Shown here piece after piece: positions 7,205 to 18,444 of a stretch of 64,000 bases of DNA; the first letter of the stretch is position 1; every line of letters begins with the position of its first letter. Source of the stretch: Spirulina sp. (GTDB lineage: Bacteria; Cyanobacteriota; Cyanobacteriia; Phormidesmidales; Phormidesmidaceae); assembly GCA_044070495.1 (NCBI GenBank), contig JBIPSI010000014.1, positions 1 through 64,000 of the forward strand. Direction: 5' to 3'. The notes under the pieces were generated by a model. The model saw nothing but the letters and a program-made list of their open reading frames with translations, did not search any database and was not told the DNA's origin. Position numbers and translations under genes: made by a program.

Positions 7205-9187
7205 TCAATTGATTTTCACGACGCCCCCCTGGATTTTCGTCATGCCGCTGCCCTGAACATCCACCATCGCCCCCTGCACCTTGGCCGATCCGGTCGCTTT
7301 TACCGTCACCTGCATCCCGCTAATCTCAATGCCTGATTGGCTGATTTTGATAGAGTTGCCGCCCACCTTCAGGGTGATATTTTGGGCTCCAGTGAGGGTA
7401 ATATTGCCGCCCTTGATGTCAATATTGCGGCTAGTACCACTGGTGCCCGACTGAATCGTCATATCCCCGGTAGAGGTGAGTTCGACCTTCGTGCCGTTAT
7501 CGTCTAGGCGCAGAAAATGGCCCCCGGTACTTTTGATTTCGATTTTTTTGTTTTGATCATCCAAGCGGGCCTGGTGTCCAGCGGAGGTTTTCAGTTCAAC
7601 AAATTTATCGGTGTCGTTGAGGTGCAGTTTGTGGGCACCTACGGTTTCTAGGTAGGCTCCTTTTTTGCTGTCGCCCTTGTCTTCTTCCACAAATTGCAGC
7701 TTGTGGCCTACGCGGGTTTTGAGGGTACGCAGGCGCACTTTGCCATCGGCCACATCATTCTCGGCGGTTTCCGGTGGTGCATCCTTGCCATTCCACAGGC
7801 CGCCCAGCACGTAGGGTCGATGGATGTCGCCATGTTCAAAGGCCACCAGCACTTCATCGTTAATTTCGGGCAGGCAATCCAAACCCCGACTGGCCCCCGC
7901 GCCGACGGAAACTACCCTGGCCCAGTTGCTCATGTGTTCTTCGGTGAGGGAGGGAAACTTGACCCGCACCCGGCCCCAGTTTTTGGGATCTTTGTTGTCG
8001 GCCACAATGCCAATCAGGCAGGTTTGCCCCGGTTGGAGCTGGCTGGGCGGCGAGAGAATCTGAAGTAAATCGCCCCCGCGCAGCCCCCGCACGCTAAATT
8101 CCGTGGTGTAGACCCGCTCAAAAAACAGGTGGCGGGTTTCGGTGACGTAGTAATCGCCGCTGTACTTGTCCATGTTGGTCAGCTTGACGACCTTGCCCGG
8201 ACGAATTTGGGGATTTCCCTCGCTGCGGGCATCGGCCTGGATAAATTCGCCCCCCACCTCGCCGTAGAGCGCCCCGGCCAAGGTCGTCGCCTCCGCCGCC
8301 TGAGACATCACCTGATCCACCACCACCAGTTTGGGACTGCTGGGCTTGCCGCTGAACTTTGTTTTATCGGTGCCCGTACCCTGGTCGGTGCTGGTGATCA
8401 CCGCGCTGCGACTGGTGCTGGTGGCGACGATGGCCTCCTTTTTGCTGTAGTCCCAGCCCCGCACTTCCACGCTATCCACCTGTTCGGCGCTGCTCACCTG
8501 TACCCGAAAGCTGTGCAGTTCCTTCAGCCATTCCAGGCTAAGGCTGCCGTCTTTTTTGGGTTTGCGAAAATTAAGTTTGCCATCCTGCACAAACAACTCA
8601 TAGCCGTGGCGAGCCGCCCGTGATCGCAGGAATTCCATATTGGTCTGGTTTTCCTGGAAAATGTAGCCGCTACTGCCGCCAATGTCACCATAGCCGTAGG
8701 GGCCACCCGTATCGTCCACCGTGCCCGTCGATAGGCCCACTTCTCCGGCGATTTGATTCACAATGTCGGTGTCGGTCTTGTTTTGAAAGGAACGGCTCTG
8801 TCGCCCCCGGTGCAGCCGATGGGAGGCATCGTAGCCCCGCACAATAATCGGCGCTTGGGCATCGCGGGTAAACTGGGTTTCGATGGCGGTGATCTCCCCC
8901 TTCAGCAGCACCCCCTCGGCGGCATCGTCAAACTCCGCCTCCTCCGTGGCACTGGAGATAAACCCCAACTCCACCGTCTTACCAATGGCGAAGGAATCCC
9001 GATGTTTCCACACCGTATCGGCCTCGGCCCCAGGGCGATAGTCGTTGCGCAGCACCAGGGTAAACATCCCCGGCAGGTGCAGGCTTTCCTCCACGGAAAT
9101 TTGCAGAATATCCTCCAGCACCGCCGCCCCCACGGCCTGACCATCGACCTTGAGAATCGGTTTAGCAATGTAAGAAATCGCTGGCAT
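7205..9187 (-). CDS. vgrG: VgrG-like spike protein (gp27 hub plus gp5 OB fold)
   Basis: ISVEESLHLPGMFTL, QENQTNMEFL..RA.R.G, DPKNWGRVRVKFP...WARV....AG..RG...LPEINDEVLVAFEHGD, beta-helix C-terminus. Confidence 0.9.
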   Translation of the reverse strand: MPAISYIAKPILKVDGQAVGAAVLEDILQISVEESLHLPGMFTLVLRNDYRPGAEADTVWKHRDSFAIGKTVELGFISSATEEAEFDDAAEGVLLKGEITAIETQFTRDAQAPIIVRGYDASHRLHRGRQSRSFQNKTDTDIVNQIAGEVGLSTGTVDDTGGPYGYGDIGGSSGYIFQENQTNMEFLRSRAARHGYELFVQDGKLNFRKPKKDGSLSLEWLKELHSFRVQVSSAEQVDSVEVRGWDYSKKEAIVATSTSRSAVITSTDQGTGTDKTKFSGKPSSPKLVVVDQVMSQAAEATTLAGALYGEVGGEFIQADARSEGNPQIRPGKVVKLTNMDKYSGDYYVTETRHLFFERVYTTEFSVRGLRGGDLLQILSPPSQLQPGQTCLIGIVADNKDPKNWGRVRVKFPSLTEEHMSNWARVVSVGAGASRGLDCLPEINDEVLVAFEHGDIHRPYVLGGLWNGKDAPPETAENDVADGKVRLRTLKTRVGHKLQFVEEDKGDSKKGAYLETVGAHKLHLNDTDKFVELKTSAGHQARLDDQNKKIEIKSTGGHFLRLDDNGTKVELTSTGDMTIQSGTSGTSRNIDIKGGNITLTGAQNITLKVGGNSIKISQSGIEISGMQVTVKATGSAKVQGAMVDVQGSGMTKIQGGVVKIN

Positions 9188-9415
9188 AGACAGGCCCAGA
9201 CCCCATATCCGTGACGCCCCTCTAGGATAGACAGGCTTGGGCGGGCGGGGTATTCCACTTAGGTCGAGTGTTGGGCTGTTCTAGGGCATGACGGTAGCGT
9301 CGAAGACCCAGGCCCCAGGCTACACTAGGCAGTAGGCAACACAGCCCCCTCCATGGGCACCTTCGAGACGCGATTCGACCCCTGTTGCTCTGCCATTGCC
9401 TAGGAAACCCCTACC

Positions 9416-10174
9416 ATGGTTCAAGCTCAGCCCCGCACTGGCCCCGTCATCACCTGGCCGCCCCTGCCCGACGATTTCAAGCTCATCGACGACCCAGTGG
9501 AAAACCTTCAGCAACCGCCCCTCGCCGCCGCCCTCACCGATGCCCTGGGGGCGGCCCAACGCCTTCGCCCCGAAATGCTGGTTGGCTCTAACTTTGGCCT
9601 CGTGGCCGGGGTCGATAACGAAACCGTAGTCAAAGCCCCCGACTGGTTCTACGTGCCGAGGGTGAATCCGGTTCCCGATGGACTTGTCCGCCGCAGCTAC
9701 ACGCCCCAAATGGAAGGCGATCCGGTGGCGGTGGTGATGGAATTTCTCTCCGCCGATGACAACGGCGAACTGTCCATCCGCGCCATGCCCCCCTACGGCA
9801 AGCTTTACGTTTACGAGCAAATTCTCCAGGTACCTGTGTACGTCATCTATGAACCGATGCGCGGTCGCCTAGAGGTGCGGTCTCTGCAAAATGGGGGTTA
9901 TGTGCTGCAAACCCCCGATGCCGCCGGACGCTTCTGGATTGAACCCCTGGGCCTGTTCCTCGGCGTATGGCGCGGGGAACGGCTGGCCCAAACGATCAAC
10001 TGGCTGCGCTGGTGGGATGCCGACGGCAACCTCCTGCTCTGGAGCGCCGAACAAGCTGAAGCCGAACGCCAAAGAGCCGAAGCTGAATGCCAAAGAGCCG
10101 AAACCGAACGCCAACGGGCTGAACGTCTAGCGGAGTTGCTCCGTGCCCAGGGCATTGATCCGGATCAGGTTTAG
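9416..10174 (+). CDS. Uma2-family endonuclease-like protein
   Basis: KAPDWFYVP, VMEFLS, GKLYVYEQIL; C-terminal AEAERQR coiled-coil repeats. Confidence 0.9.
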   Translation: MVQAQPRTGPVITWPPLPDDFKLIDDPVENLQQPPLAAALTDALGAAQRLRPEMLVGSNFGLVAGVDNETVVKAPDWFYVPRVNPVPDGLVRRSYTPQMEGDPVAVVMEFLSADDNGELSIRAMPPYGKLYVYEQILQVPVYVIYEPMRGRLEVRSLQNGGYVLQTPDAAGRFWIEPLGLFLGVWRGERLAQTINWLRWWDADGNLLLWSAEQAEAERQRAEAECQRAETERQRAERLAELLRAQGIDPDQV

Positions 10175-10286
10175 GGTAGCCCTCGTCTCTCAACGAAAGT
10201 CCCTGGAGTTTATGGGCGATCTGTGGATCGTTCAACCGCTATTCAGGGCTGGACAACCCCGGCCCCCAGGGAGCAATATCCCTGGG

Positions 10287-13200
10287 TTAAGCACTGAAGT
10301 ACTTGGCCACCGGGTGGTAGGCAATGATCGCCGTGGTGGATTGTTCGGGGTAGAGCTGCTCGCTTTCGTCGATGGTCATACCGATGCGGTCGGTTTGCAG
10401 CAGGTCGAGCTGGACGGGCTGATCGGCCATGTTGGGGCAGGCCGGATAGCCAAAGCTATAGCGAGAGCCTTGGTAGCGCTGCTGCAAGATTTCCCGAATG
10501 GTGGCGGGTTCCAGATCACCAAAGCCCAGTTCTTGGCGAATGCGGGCGTGGCTCCATTCCGCTAGGGCCTCCGCCACCTGCACCGATAGGCCGTAGTAGT
10601 AGAGGTAGTCGGTGTATTGGTCAGCCTGGAACAGCTTTTGGGCAAATTCCGTGGCAATTTCGCCCACCGTCACTGCCTGCATGGGGAAAACGTCAAACTC
10701 GCCCGGTTTGGCCATCTCCTTTGGCAAAAAGAAATCCGCAATGCAGAGCCGCCGCAGGGATTTTTGGCGCGGGAAGGTGAAGGTGGCGATGGGATCAGGG
10801 TGGTGGGGTGGTGGGGTGGTGGGATGGTGGGGTGTGCTTTCCTCGCCATCTCGCCATCTCGCCATCTCGCTATCCACTACTGAGGGATCGTAGATGTGCA
10901 GCGAATTTCCTTCCGCCAAGCAGGGGAAGTAGCCGTAGACAATCTGAGGGTGGAGCAGGTTTTCGGCCAAAATCCGCTGCTTCCAGTTGTCCAAAATGGG
11001 ATGGACGGTTTCTTGCAAGAAGGCATCGTACTCCTCACGGGATTGCTCCTGGGGTTTGCGGAACTGCCACTGACCGACAAAAAGCGCCTGCAAATCCAAA
11101 TACCCAAAGACTTCCTCCAACGAAATATCCGCCGAAGTCAGGACTTTTGTACCCCAAAACGGCGGCGTGGGACGAGGAATCGCGGGATCGACGGCTTCGG
11201 ATCGAGTGGTATCAACGGGAGTCGGGAGTTGGGAGTCGGCAGTCGGGAGTTCAGACTCCGTTTCCAAATTTTGCCCTTTGCCTTTTGAATTTTGAATTTC
11301 CTTGCTTGCTTCCGACTCCTCATCCAAAAAGCCCTTCAGATCATCCCAATTCCCTGCGGCCTTGGCGGGCATCAGTTTGTCCATGAAGTGCAAATCTGAG
11401 AAGGCGTCTTTGCCGTAGACCACTTTGCCGTTGTAGGTGCGCTGGCAATCGTCGTGGACGAATTTGGGGGTCAAGGCCGCGCCGCCAAGGATAACGGGAA
11501 CGGTGATGCCCTCTTGGTTGAAGGTTTCCAGGTTGTCCTTCATGAATGCGGTGGATTTCACCAGCAGGCCGCTCATGGCGATGCAATCGGCGTGGTGCTC
11601 CCGGTAGGCTTGAATGATGGCTTCCACGGGCTGTTTGATGCCCAGGTTCACCACCTTGTAGCCGTTGTTGGACAGGATGATGTCCACCAGATTTTTGCCG
11701 ATGTCGTGCACGTCGCCCTTGACGGTGGCGATGATGAAGGTGCCCTTGCCGGAGCCGTCGCTGTCGGCCTTTTCCATGAAGGGTTCGAGGTAGGCCACGG
11801 CGGCTTTCATGGTCTGGGCCGATTGCAGCACGAAGGGCAACTGCATTTGCCCGGAGCCGAACAACTCGCCGACCACCTTCATGCCGTCCAGAAGGAATGT
11901 GTTGATAATTTCTAGGGGCGGGTAGGTTTCCAGCGCCTTGGCCAGGGCGTCCTCTAGGCCGATGCGTTCGCCGTCGATGATGTGCTGTTTGAGCTGTTCA
12001 TCAATGGGCAGATCCTTGGCGATGGCCTCTTTTTTCTTTAGGCTCTTGCCTTCAAACAGCGTCGTTAGTTTAGTGAGGGGATCGTAGGTAACGATGTCGC
12101 CATCAAACTCGCGGCGGTCGTAAATGAGATCCCGGCAGACCTGCTGATGCTCCGGCTCGATTTTGGCCAGGGGCAGAATTTTAGCGGCACTCACAATCGC
12201 GCCATCCAGCCCCACTTGCATCGCTTCGTGGAGGAAGACCGAGTTGAGCGTCACCCGTGCGGCAGGGTTGAGACCAAAGGAGACGTTCGACACCCCCAGC
12301 ATGATGTGGCATCCCGGCAGGTTTTCGGTAATCATCCGAATCGATTCGAGGGTTTCCCGACCGTTGACCCGGTCTTCCTCAATCCCGGTGGAGATGGGTA
12401 GGGCTAGGGTGTCAAAGAAAATTTCGTGGGCGGGAATGCCGTATTCCAGAGCATCCCGGTAGGCGCGTTGGGCGATGGCAAACTTCTTCTCGGCGGTGCG
12501 GGCCATGCCGTCTTCGTCGATGGTGCCGACCACAATTCCGGCCCCGTATTTCTTAGCCAGTTCGAGGACTTTGAAGAAACGCTCGTCGCCATCCTCATAG
12601 TTGGTGGAGTTGAGGATGCACTTGCCCCCGGCCACCTTCAGCCCCGCCTCCATCTTCTGCCACTCGGTGGAGTCGAGCATCAGCGGCAGGGTCACGTTCG
12701 TCACCAGGCGAGACACCAGCTCGTGCATGTCCCGTTCGCCATCGCGCCCGACGTAGTCCACGTTCACGTCGAGGACATGGGCACCTTCCTTCACCTGCGC
12801 CCGCGCCAGGGCCACCAAGCCATCCCAGTCCTCGGCGTTCAGCATTTCCCGGCATTTCTTAGAACCACTGGCGTTGAGGCGTTCCCCCACAATCAAAAAG
12901 GAGTTGTCTTGCTCGTAGGGCTGGGTGCTGTAGATTGACGCGGCTGAAGGGACGTAATGCAGCGCCGGACGGGGGTTGGGGTAGTGGGTTGGGGTGGTGG
13001 TGGGGTGGTGGGGTAGCGCCATCTCACTATCCCGCCATCCCGCCATCCTCACAGGCCGTTCCTTGGGCCGCAAATCCTTCGCCAACTCCGCCAGTTGGGC
13101 GATGTGTTCGGGACGGGTGCCGCAACAGCCACCGATGACTTGGACACCGAGATCCTCTACAAAGTGCATCAGCGACATCCGCAGTTCCATCGGGGTGAGG

Positions 13201-14006
13201 CGATAGACCGCTTGGCCCCCCACGTTTTCCGGCAGTCCGGCGTTGGGGATACAGGAGATGGCGAAGGGCGATTGTTCCGACAAATGCTTGACGTGATCCT
13301 TCATCAAGTCTGGCCCGGTGGCGCAGTTGAGGCCGAGAATGTCGATGGGATAGGGTTCCAAAATGGCCAGGGCCGCCGCCATTTCGGTACCCACTAGCAT
13401 GGTGCCCTGCTGTTCCATCGTCACCGAAACCATCAGGGGCAGGCGCTTGCCCGTGGCGACAAAGGCTTCCTCGATGCCGTTGAGGGCCGCTTTAATTTGC
13501 AGCACGTCCTGGCAGGTTTCCACCAGCATCAGGTCTACCCCGCCGTCGATTAACCCCCTGGCCTGCTCCACGTAGGCGTCTTTGAGGGTGTCGAAATCAA
13601 TGTGCCCCAAGGTGGGCAGTTTCGTCCCTGGCCCCATGGAACCCGCCACAAAGCGAGGCTTGTCAGGCGTGGAAAACTCGTCAGCCACACTTCGAGCCAG
13701 TTCCGCAGCGGTTTTGTTCAGCTCGTAGGCCCGATCCGCCAGGTCGTACTCCGCCAACACAATGGAGGTGCCGCCGAAGGTGTCGGTTTCAATCACATCT
13801 GCGCCAGCTTCTAAAAAGGCGCGATGCACCGTGGCCACGGCTTCGGGTTTGGTGACCACCAAGTATTCGTTACAGCCTTCGTACTCTGGGCCGCCAAAGT
13901 CTTCCGCCGTTAGATTTTGTACCTGCAAGTTCGTCCCCATGGCCCCATCAAAGACAAGCACGGGACGATCTTCACTGTGGAGGCGATCCAGAAAGGCGTT
14001 GGACAT
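10287..14006 (-). CDS. metH: Cobalamin-dependent methionine synthase
   Basis: [32 protein letters not shown]12 motif, [10 protein letters not shown]. Confidence 0.97.
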   Translation of the reverse strand: MSNAFLDRLHSEDRPVLVFDGAMGTNLQVQNLTAEDFGGPEYEGCNEYLVVTKPEAVATVHRAFLEAGADVIETDTFGGTSIVLAEYDLADRAYELNKTAAELARSVADEFSTPDKPRFVAGSMGPGTKLPTLGHIDFDTLKDAYVEQARGLIDGGVDLMLVETCQDVLQIKAALNGIEEAFVATGKRLPLMVSVTMEQQGTMLVGTEMAAALAILEPYPIDILGLNCATGPDLMKDHVKHLSEQSPFAISCIPNAGLPENVGGQAVYRLTPMELRMSLMHFVEDLGVQVIGGCCGTRPEHIAQLAELAKDLRPKERPVRMAGWRDSEMALPHHPTTTPTHYPNPRPALHYVPSAASIYSTQPYEQDNSFLIVGERLNASGSKKCREMLNAEDWDGLVALARAQVKEGAHVLDVNVDYVGRDGERDMHELVSRLVTNVTLPLMLDSTEWQKMEAGLKVAGGKCILNSTNYEDGDERFFKVLELAKKYGAGIVVGTIDEDGMARTAEKKFAIAQRAYRDALEYGIPAHEIFFDTLALPISTGIEEDRVNGRETLESIRMITENLPGCHIMLGVSNVSFGLNPAARVTLNSVFLHEAMQVGLDGAIVSAAKILPLAKIEPEHQQVCRDLIYDRREFDGDIVTYDPLTKLTTLFEGKSLKKKEAIAKDLPIDEQLKQHIIDGERIGLEDALAKALETYPPLEIINTFLLDGMKVVGELFGSGQMQLPFVLQSAQTMKAAVAYLEPFMEKADSDGSGKGTFIIATVKGDVHDIGKNLVDIILSNNGYKVVNLGIKQPVEAIIQAYREHHADCIAMSGLLVKSTAFMKDNLETFNQEGITVPVILGGAALTPKFVHDDCQRTYNGKVVYGKDAFSDLHFMDKLMPAKAAGNWDDLKGFLDEESEASKEIQNSKGKGQNLETESELPTADSQLPTPVDTTRSEAVDPAIPRPTPPFWGTKVLTSADISLEEVFGYLDLQALFVGQWQFRKPQEQSREEYDAFLQETVHPILDNWKQRILAENLLHPQIVYGYFPCLAEGNSLHIYDPSVVDSEMARWRDGEESTPHHPTTPPPHHPDPIATFTFPRQKSLRRLCIADFFLPKEMAKPGEFDVFPMQAVTVGEIATEFAQKLFQADQYTDYLYYYGLSVQVAEALAEWSHARIRQELGFGDLEPATIREILQQRYQGSRYSFGYPACPNMADQPVQLDLLQTDRIGMTIDESEQLYPEQSTTAIIAYHPVAKYFSA

Positions 14007-14259
14007 AGCGGCGGCGGCAAAACGACATCATCAACCCCTGTGATCCTAAGCGCCTCGCAGAACTCTTTTCTATCTATGGATAACCTTGAGTTTTTCTATG
14101 CGTTGCGTTAGGTCACAGGTTTCCTATTATCAGCCATAGTTCGGGATGAGGGTAGCGTTAAACCGAAGACAATTTTTCAGGATTGTAGGGTCTTCTCCCC
14201 CGTCCGAGAGCGTCTTACTATATGCTTTGACTGTACAATTAGCAACTTTCACCACCACA

Positions 14260-14619
14260 ATGGGCCGACTTACCACCCACGTTCTTGATACAGCCCTGGG
14301 TAAACCTGCCGCCTCGCTGCGGCTGACAGTCTGGGCCATTAATAACGATGCAGACATTAAGACGGCGCTAAAAACGGTAGAGACCAATAGCGATGGTCGC
14401 ACCAGTGAGCCCCTGCTAGACGGGGAAGAACTGAAAAAGGGCACCTATGAAATTACCTTTGATGTGGCCGCTTACTTTGCCACCAGCGGAGCCTCGCTCT
14501 CGGAGCCACCGTTTCTGGATCAAATTCCCATCCGCTTCACCGTCGCCGACCCCAGCGGACACTACCATGTGCCGCTGCTAGTGTCTCCCTGGTCCTACAG
14601 CACCTATCGCGGCAGCTAA
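14260..14619 (+). CDS. uraH: Hydroxyisourate hydrolase (transthyretin-like)
   Basis: [11 protein letters not shown]...[19 protein letters not shown]; start set at ATG 14260. Confidence 0.95.
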   Translation: MGRLTTHVLDTALGKPAASLRLTVWAINNDADIKTALKTVETNSDGRTSEPLLDGEELKKGTYEITFDVAAYFATSGASLSEPPFLDQIPIRFTVADPSGHYHVPLLVSPWSYSTYRGS

Positions 14620-14669
14620 ACGACGACCCGACCGCCGCAGATCCCTGAATTTTACGATTACCACCACCC

Positions 14670-16205
14670 ATGACCGATACGGCTCTACCCGCCCTGATTC
14701 AGCAGATGTGTCAGCCCGGTTTCTACCCCCATCCCGTGGTAGAACCCATTCGGCTGATGCAGACCCATGTGTCCTACGTGCTGCTGACGGGGGACTATGC
14801 CTACAAGGTGAAAAAGCCCGTGAACTTTGGCTTTTTAGACTATTCCACCCTGGAGCAACGGCGGCACTTTTGCCAAGAGGAACTGCGGCTGAACCAGCGC
14901 ACGGCATCGGAACTGTACCTAGAAGTCGTGCCCATCGGTCAGGATGGCGAAACCTACCACCTGGGGGCCGATCCAGCGGTGGAGTATGCCGTGAAAATGG
15001 TGCAGTTTCCCCAAGACACCCTGCTCAGCGCCCTCTATCAGCGGGGCGACCTGACGGAGGAGTTGATCCGCACCCTGGCCGAACAGGTGGCGGCCTTTCA
15101 CCTCGCGGCGGAAACCAATGACCATATTCGTACCTTTGGGGCTGTGGCCCAAATTCGCCAAGCCTTCGACGAAAACTACGAACAAACCCAGGGCTACGTG
15201 GGCGGGCCACAAACCCAGTCCCAGCTTGAGCAAACCCAGGCTGCAACCGACCACATCTTTGCGACTCAGGGCGATCTGTTTCAGCGGCGGGTCGATCAAA
15301 ACTGGATTCGGGCCTGCCACGGCGACCTCCATCTCAATAACCTCTGCTACTGGCAAAACCACCTCTACCTGTTTGACTGCATTGAATTCAATGAACCCTT
15401 CCGCTACGTCGATGTGATGTACGACGTGGGCTTTGTGGTGATGGATTTGCTGGCCAAGGACTGCCGCCCTCTCGCCACCGCCTTTTTGAATCACTACGTA
15501 GAGCAAACCGGAGACTGGGAAGGGCTGCAACTGTTGCCCCTCTACATCAGCCGCCAAGCCTACGTGCGGGCCAAGGTTACCTCGTTTCTGTTGGATGACC
15601 CCGCCATTGATGCTGACACCAAAGCCAAGGCCAGCGACACCGCCGCCCACTATTACCGTCTGGCGTGGGAAGTGGTGCAGCCGCAAACGGGTCGTCTGTA
15701 CCTGATGGCGGGACTCTCTGGTTCGGGCAAATCCACCACCGCCCGTGAGTTAGCCCGTCAAACCGGGGCCATCCACCTGCGTTCCGATGCCGTGCGTAAA
15801 CACCTGGCTGGGGTGCCGCTGATGGAACGGGGTGACCAAAGCCTCTACAGTCCAGAGATGACCCAAAAGACCTACAGCCGCCTGCTGGAATTGGGCCTTA
15901 CCCTGGCCAAGGCTGGGTTTACCGTGGTGCTCGATGCCAAGTACGACCGCCAAGCCCTGCGCCAGCCCGCCCTAGAACAAGCTCAAACGGCAGGGATTTC
16001 AGCCCAAATTCTGCACTGCACCGCCCCAGCGGAAATCCTGGAAGACCGGGTACGGCAGCGATCTGGGGACATTGCCGATGCCAATGTCGCCGTCCTAAAA
16101 CAACAGGTGATGGAACCCTTCACCGAGGTCGAACAGCCCTGGGTAAAAACCCTGGATACAACGGGTGATGTATCCGCTCAGATCGCCGCTATAGTTGGGG
16201 CGTAA
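14670..16205 (+). CDS. Bifunctional aminoglycoside-phosphotransferase-like / AAA_33 P-loop protein
   Basis: QTHVSYV, CHGDLHLNN, FDCIEFN; C-terminal GLSGSGKST and RSDAVRK. Confidence 0.9.
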   Translation: MTDTALPALIQQMCQPGFYPHPVVEPIRLMQTHVSYVLLTGDYAYKVKKPVNFGFLDYSTLEQRRHFCQEELRLNQRTASELYLEVVPIGQDGETYHLGADPAVEYAVKMVQFPQDTLLSALYQRGDLTEELIRTLAEQVAAFHLAAETNDHIRTFGAVAQIRQAFDENYEQTQGYVGGPQTQSQLEQTQAATDHIFATQGDLFQRRVDQNWIRACHGDLHLNNLCYWQNHLYLFDCIEFNEPFRYVDVMYDVGFVVMDLLAKDCRPLATAFLNHYVEQTGDWEGLQLLPLYISRQAYVRAKVTSFLLDDPAIDADTKAKASDTAAHYYRLAWEVVQPQTGRLYLMAGLSGSGKSTTARELARQTGAIHLRSDAVRKHLAGVPLMERGDQSLYSPEMTQKTYSRLLELGLTLAKAGFTVVLDAKYDRQALRQPALEQAQTAGISAQILHCTAPAEILEDRVRQRSGDIADANVAVLKQQVMEPFTEVEQPWVKTLDTTGDVSAQIAAIVGA

Positions 16206-16228
16206 CCCACCGGAGCGAGGTTTGCGCC

Positions 16229-16522
16229 ATGGGCAACCAAATGGGGCCACCCACCCTAAAAATCTGGCTGCTGTTCTTGCTGTTGTTCCTAATCCTGGGC
16301 TATGGCCCCATTCCCAGCGTGGTGTTTGGGGCGGTGGCCGGAGTAGCCGGGGGCATTGTGGCCACCTGGTGGGTCTCCCCCGGCGGCGAACCCAAGGAAG
16401 TAGAACTACCCACCCCCATTCGTCAGTTTGGTCGCCAACTGCGCGAAACCCCCAGCCGCCTACCCTTTCGCGGATTCTTTCGCCGCACGGAAAGCCGCTA
16501 CCCCGGCCCTCGCCGTCGTTAG
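16229..16522 (+). CDS. Small hypothetical membrane protein
   Basis: Two hydrophobic segments, basic tail, GGAG upstream. Confidence 0.7.
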   Translation: MGNQMGPPTLKIWLLFLLLFLILGYGPIPSVVFGAVAGVAGGIVATWWVSPGGEPKEVELPTPIRQFGRQLRETPSRLPFRGFFRRTESRYPGPRRR

Positions 16523-16584
16523 ACCAGTCCCATGAAAGGTTTCGGGTAGGAGGGCAGTCTCCTCACCTGCCTAAACCGGGGCCA

Positions 16585-17034
16585 TCAACCAGGATTCAGA
16601 ATCAACTCCTTCAGCCAGCGCAATCCCTGCCGCAGCCCCGTTTGGGCGATGGGGGACAAGTCTTCACCGTAACCCATGGCCCAGGTGGGCAGCAGTAGCG
16701 TGTAGGCCAGGGGACTCTGGCCATAGAGCTGTTGGGCCAGAATCAGCAGATCCATCGGGTTGCTGTGGTGTCCGGTAAAGGTGAGGGTCGGCTCCGCCCC
16801 AGGCATAAGTCGGGTGAGGATAAGGGGACTATGGGGATCCTGGGGTAGTGCGGCATCGACAAAAAAGACTCGTTCTTGCTCGGCAATCAGGGCGGCTAGG
16901 TCGGGGGTGAGCTGGTGGCAGGGGTAGGCCTCGACGTTGTCCCAGTTCCAGCCTTCCACCGCTTCGGCTAGGCAATACCCCACGCCATCATCGCCGCGCA
17001 GGGTATTGCCGTAGCCAAGCACAAGGGTTTTCAT
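16585..17034 (-). CDS. Hydrogenase maturation protease (HoxW-like)
   Basis: LVLGYGNTLRGDDGVG, HQLTP, FVDA, GHH motifs; start at ATG 17034. Confidence 0.88.
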   Translation of the reverse strand: MKTLVLGYGNTLRGDDGVGYCLAEAVEGWNWDNVEAYPCHQLTPDLAALIAEQERVFFVDAALPQDPHSPLILTRLMPGAEPTLTFTGHHSNPMDLLILAQQLYGQSPLAYTLLLPTWAMGYGEDLSPIAQTGLRQGLRWLKELILNPG

Positions 17035-17044
17035 GGGGGGATCA

Positions 17045-18061
17045 CTAGGGAACGGAAACGGCGGCACCATGTCGCCGCTGGTGCCACTGCCAAGCATGGG
17101 CCAAAATGGTGTCGATATCGCCGTATTGAGGATTCCAGCCTAGAATCTCACGGGCCTTTTGGCTACTGCCCACCAGTTCCGAGGAATCCCCTGGACGACG
17201 GTCAACTTCGACCACCGGAATTGGTCGCCCCGTGATTCGTTGAGCCGCTTCGATCACCTCTCGCACCGAAAAGCCCCGCCCGTTGCCGAGGTTGAACACG
17301 GTGCTAGATCCTCCATCCATCAGGTATTCCAGACCTAGGATGTGGGCCTCGGCCAGATCGCAGACATGGATATAGTCGCGGATGCAGGTGCCATCGGGGG
17401 TGGGATAGTCGGTGCCGTAGATGGCAATTTTCTCTCGCAGACCCAAGGCCGTTTGCAAGACGAGGGGAATCAGGTGGCTTTCGGGGTTGTGGTCTTCGCC
17501 GAGTAGCCCGCTGGGGTGCGCCCCCGCCGCATTGAAATAACGGAACCGCACCGACCGCAGATCGTAGGCTTTGTCGTAGTCAGTGAGGATTTGCTCCACC
17601 ATCAGCTTGGTTTGGCCGTAGGGGTTAATGGGCTGCTGGGGATGGTCTTCGGTGATGGGGAGAAACTGGGGCAGTCCGTAGGTGGCGCAGGTGGAGGAAA
17701 ATACAAAGGTCTTCACCCCGGCGGCGACCATGGCATCCAGCAGGGTCAGGGTGCCCACCACGTTGCTCTCGTAGTATTTGCTAGGATCCGTCACCGACTC
17801 GCCCACGTAAGTATAGGCCGCAAAGTGCATGACGGCATCTATCTCGTAGCGATCAAAAATTCTTTCTAAGAAGGCTTTATCGAGGGTGCTGCCGACCATG
17901 AGTGGCGTCTTTAAAACCTGATCCACCAGATCCCGATGGCCGTAAACCAGGTTATCTAAAATCACCACGGCATAGCCCGCCCGCTGAAGGGCATGAACCG
18001 CGTGACTGCCAATATAGCCAGCTCCACCCGTGACTAAAATTGTTTTTAGGGTATTTTCCAT
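17045..18061 (-). CDS. galE: UDP-glucose 4-epimerase
   Basis: TGGAGYIGSH, YGQTK, RYFNAAGA, DGTCIRDYIHV. Confidence 0.95.
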   Translation of the reverse strand: MENTLKTILVTGGAGYIGSHAVHALQRAGYAVVILDNLVYGHRDLVDQVLKTPLMVGSTLDKAFLERIFDRYEIDAVMHFAAYTYVGESVTDPSKYYESNVVGTLTLLDAMVAAGVKTFVFSSTCATYGLPQFLPITEDHPQQPINPYGQTKLMVEQILTDYDKAYDLRSVRFRYFNAAGAHPSGLLGEDHNPESHLIPLVLQTALGLREKIAIYGTDYPTPDGTCIRDYIHVCDLAEAHILGLEYLMDGGSSTVFNLGNGRGFSVREVIEAAQRITGRPIPVVEVDRRPGDSSELVGSSQKAREILGWNPQYGDIDTILAHAWQWHQRRHGAAVSVP

Positions 18062-18444
18062 CGCAATAGGATCCTAAACATAGCGTTTTTTCTATAGTTG
18101 TTAATCCCGTCTAGAACGCTGCCAAGGGGAGCGATCTTATCCAGAGAAACGTTGACAGCAATGGGGAAAGGATATTTTCGAGACGTTAGACGATTCAGCA
18201 TTCTTTGTATTGTGACGGATCGATCGCGACTCTGAGCGCTGGTTGAGGCAATTTTGCGCGGATTCAAGGATTCCATTAACACCGTATCTTTTTCTCACGA
18301 TTATCCGGATGGCGGGAGAAGGCCAGCCCTCACCGCCCGTCTCCCTTCTCCTCCCAGCCCAGCCCTGCATCCCAAGGCTATGCCTAGATTTGGCGCGGGC
18401 CAGCGATTATCCTGAAGACAGCCGTTGCCGCAGGAGTGGACACC

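Noticed and set aside
6727..9187. Type VI secretion system
   Set aside because: No TssJLM, TssBC, Hcp or ClpV here; DUF4157 and the Afp15-like ATPase point to an eCIS-type system.
10054..10125. 21-bp repeats at the end of the Uma2 gene
   Set aside because: Ordinary AEAERQR coiled-coil tail typical of this family.
14007..14259. Cobalamin riboswitch before metH or NtcA box before uraH
   Set aside because: No B12-box seen; the best NtcA-like match (GTA-N8-AAC) is imperfect.
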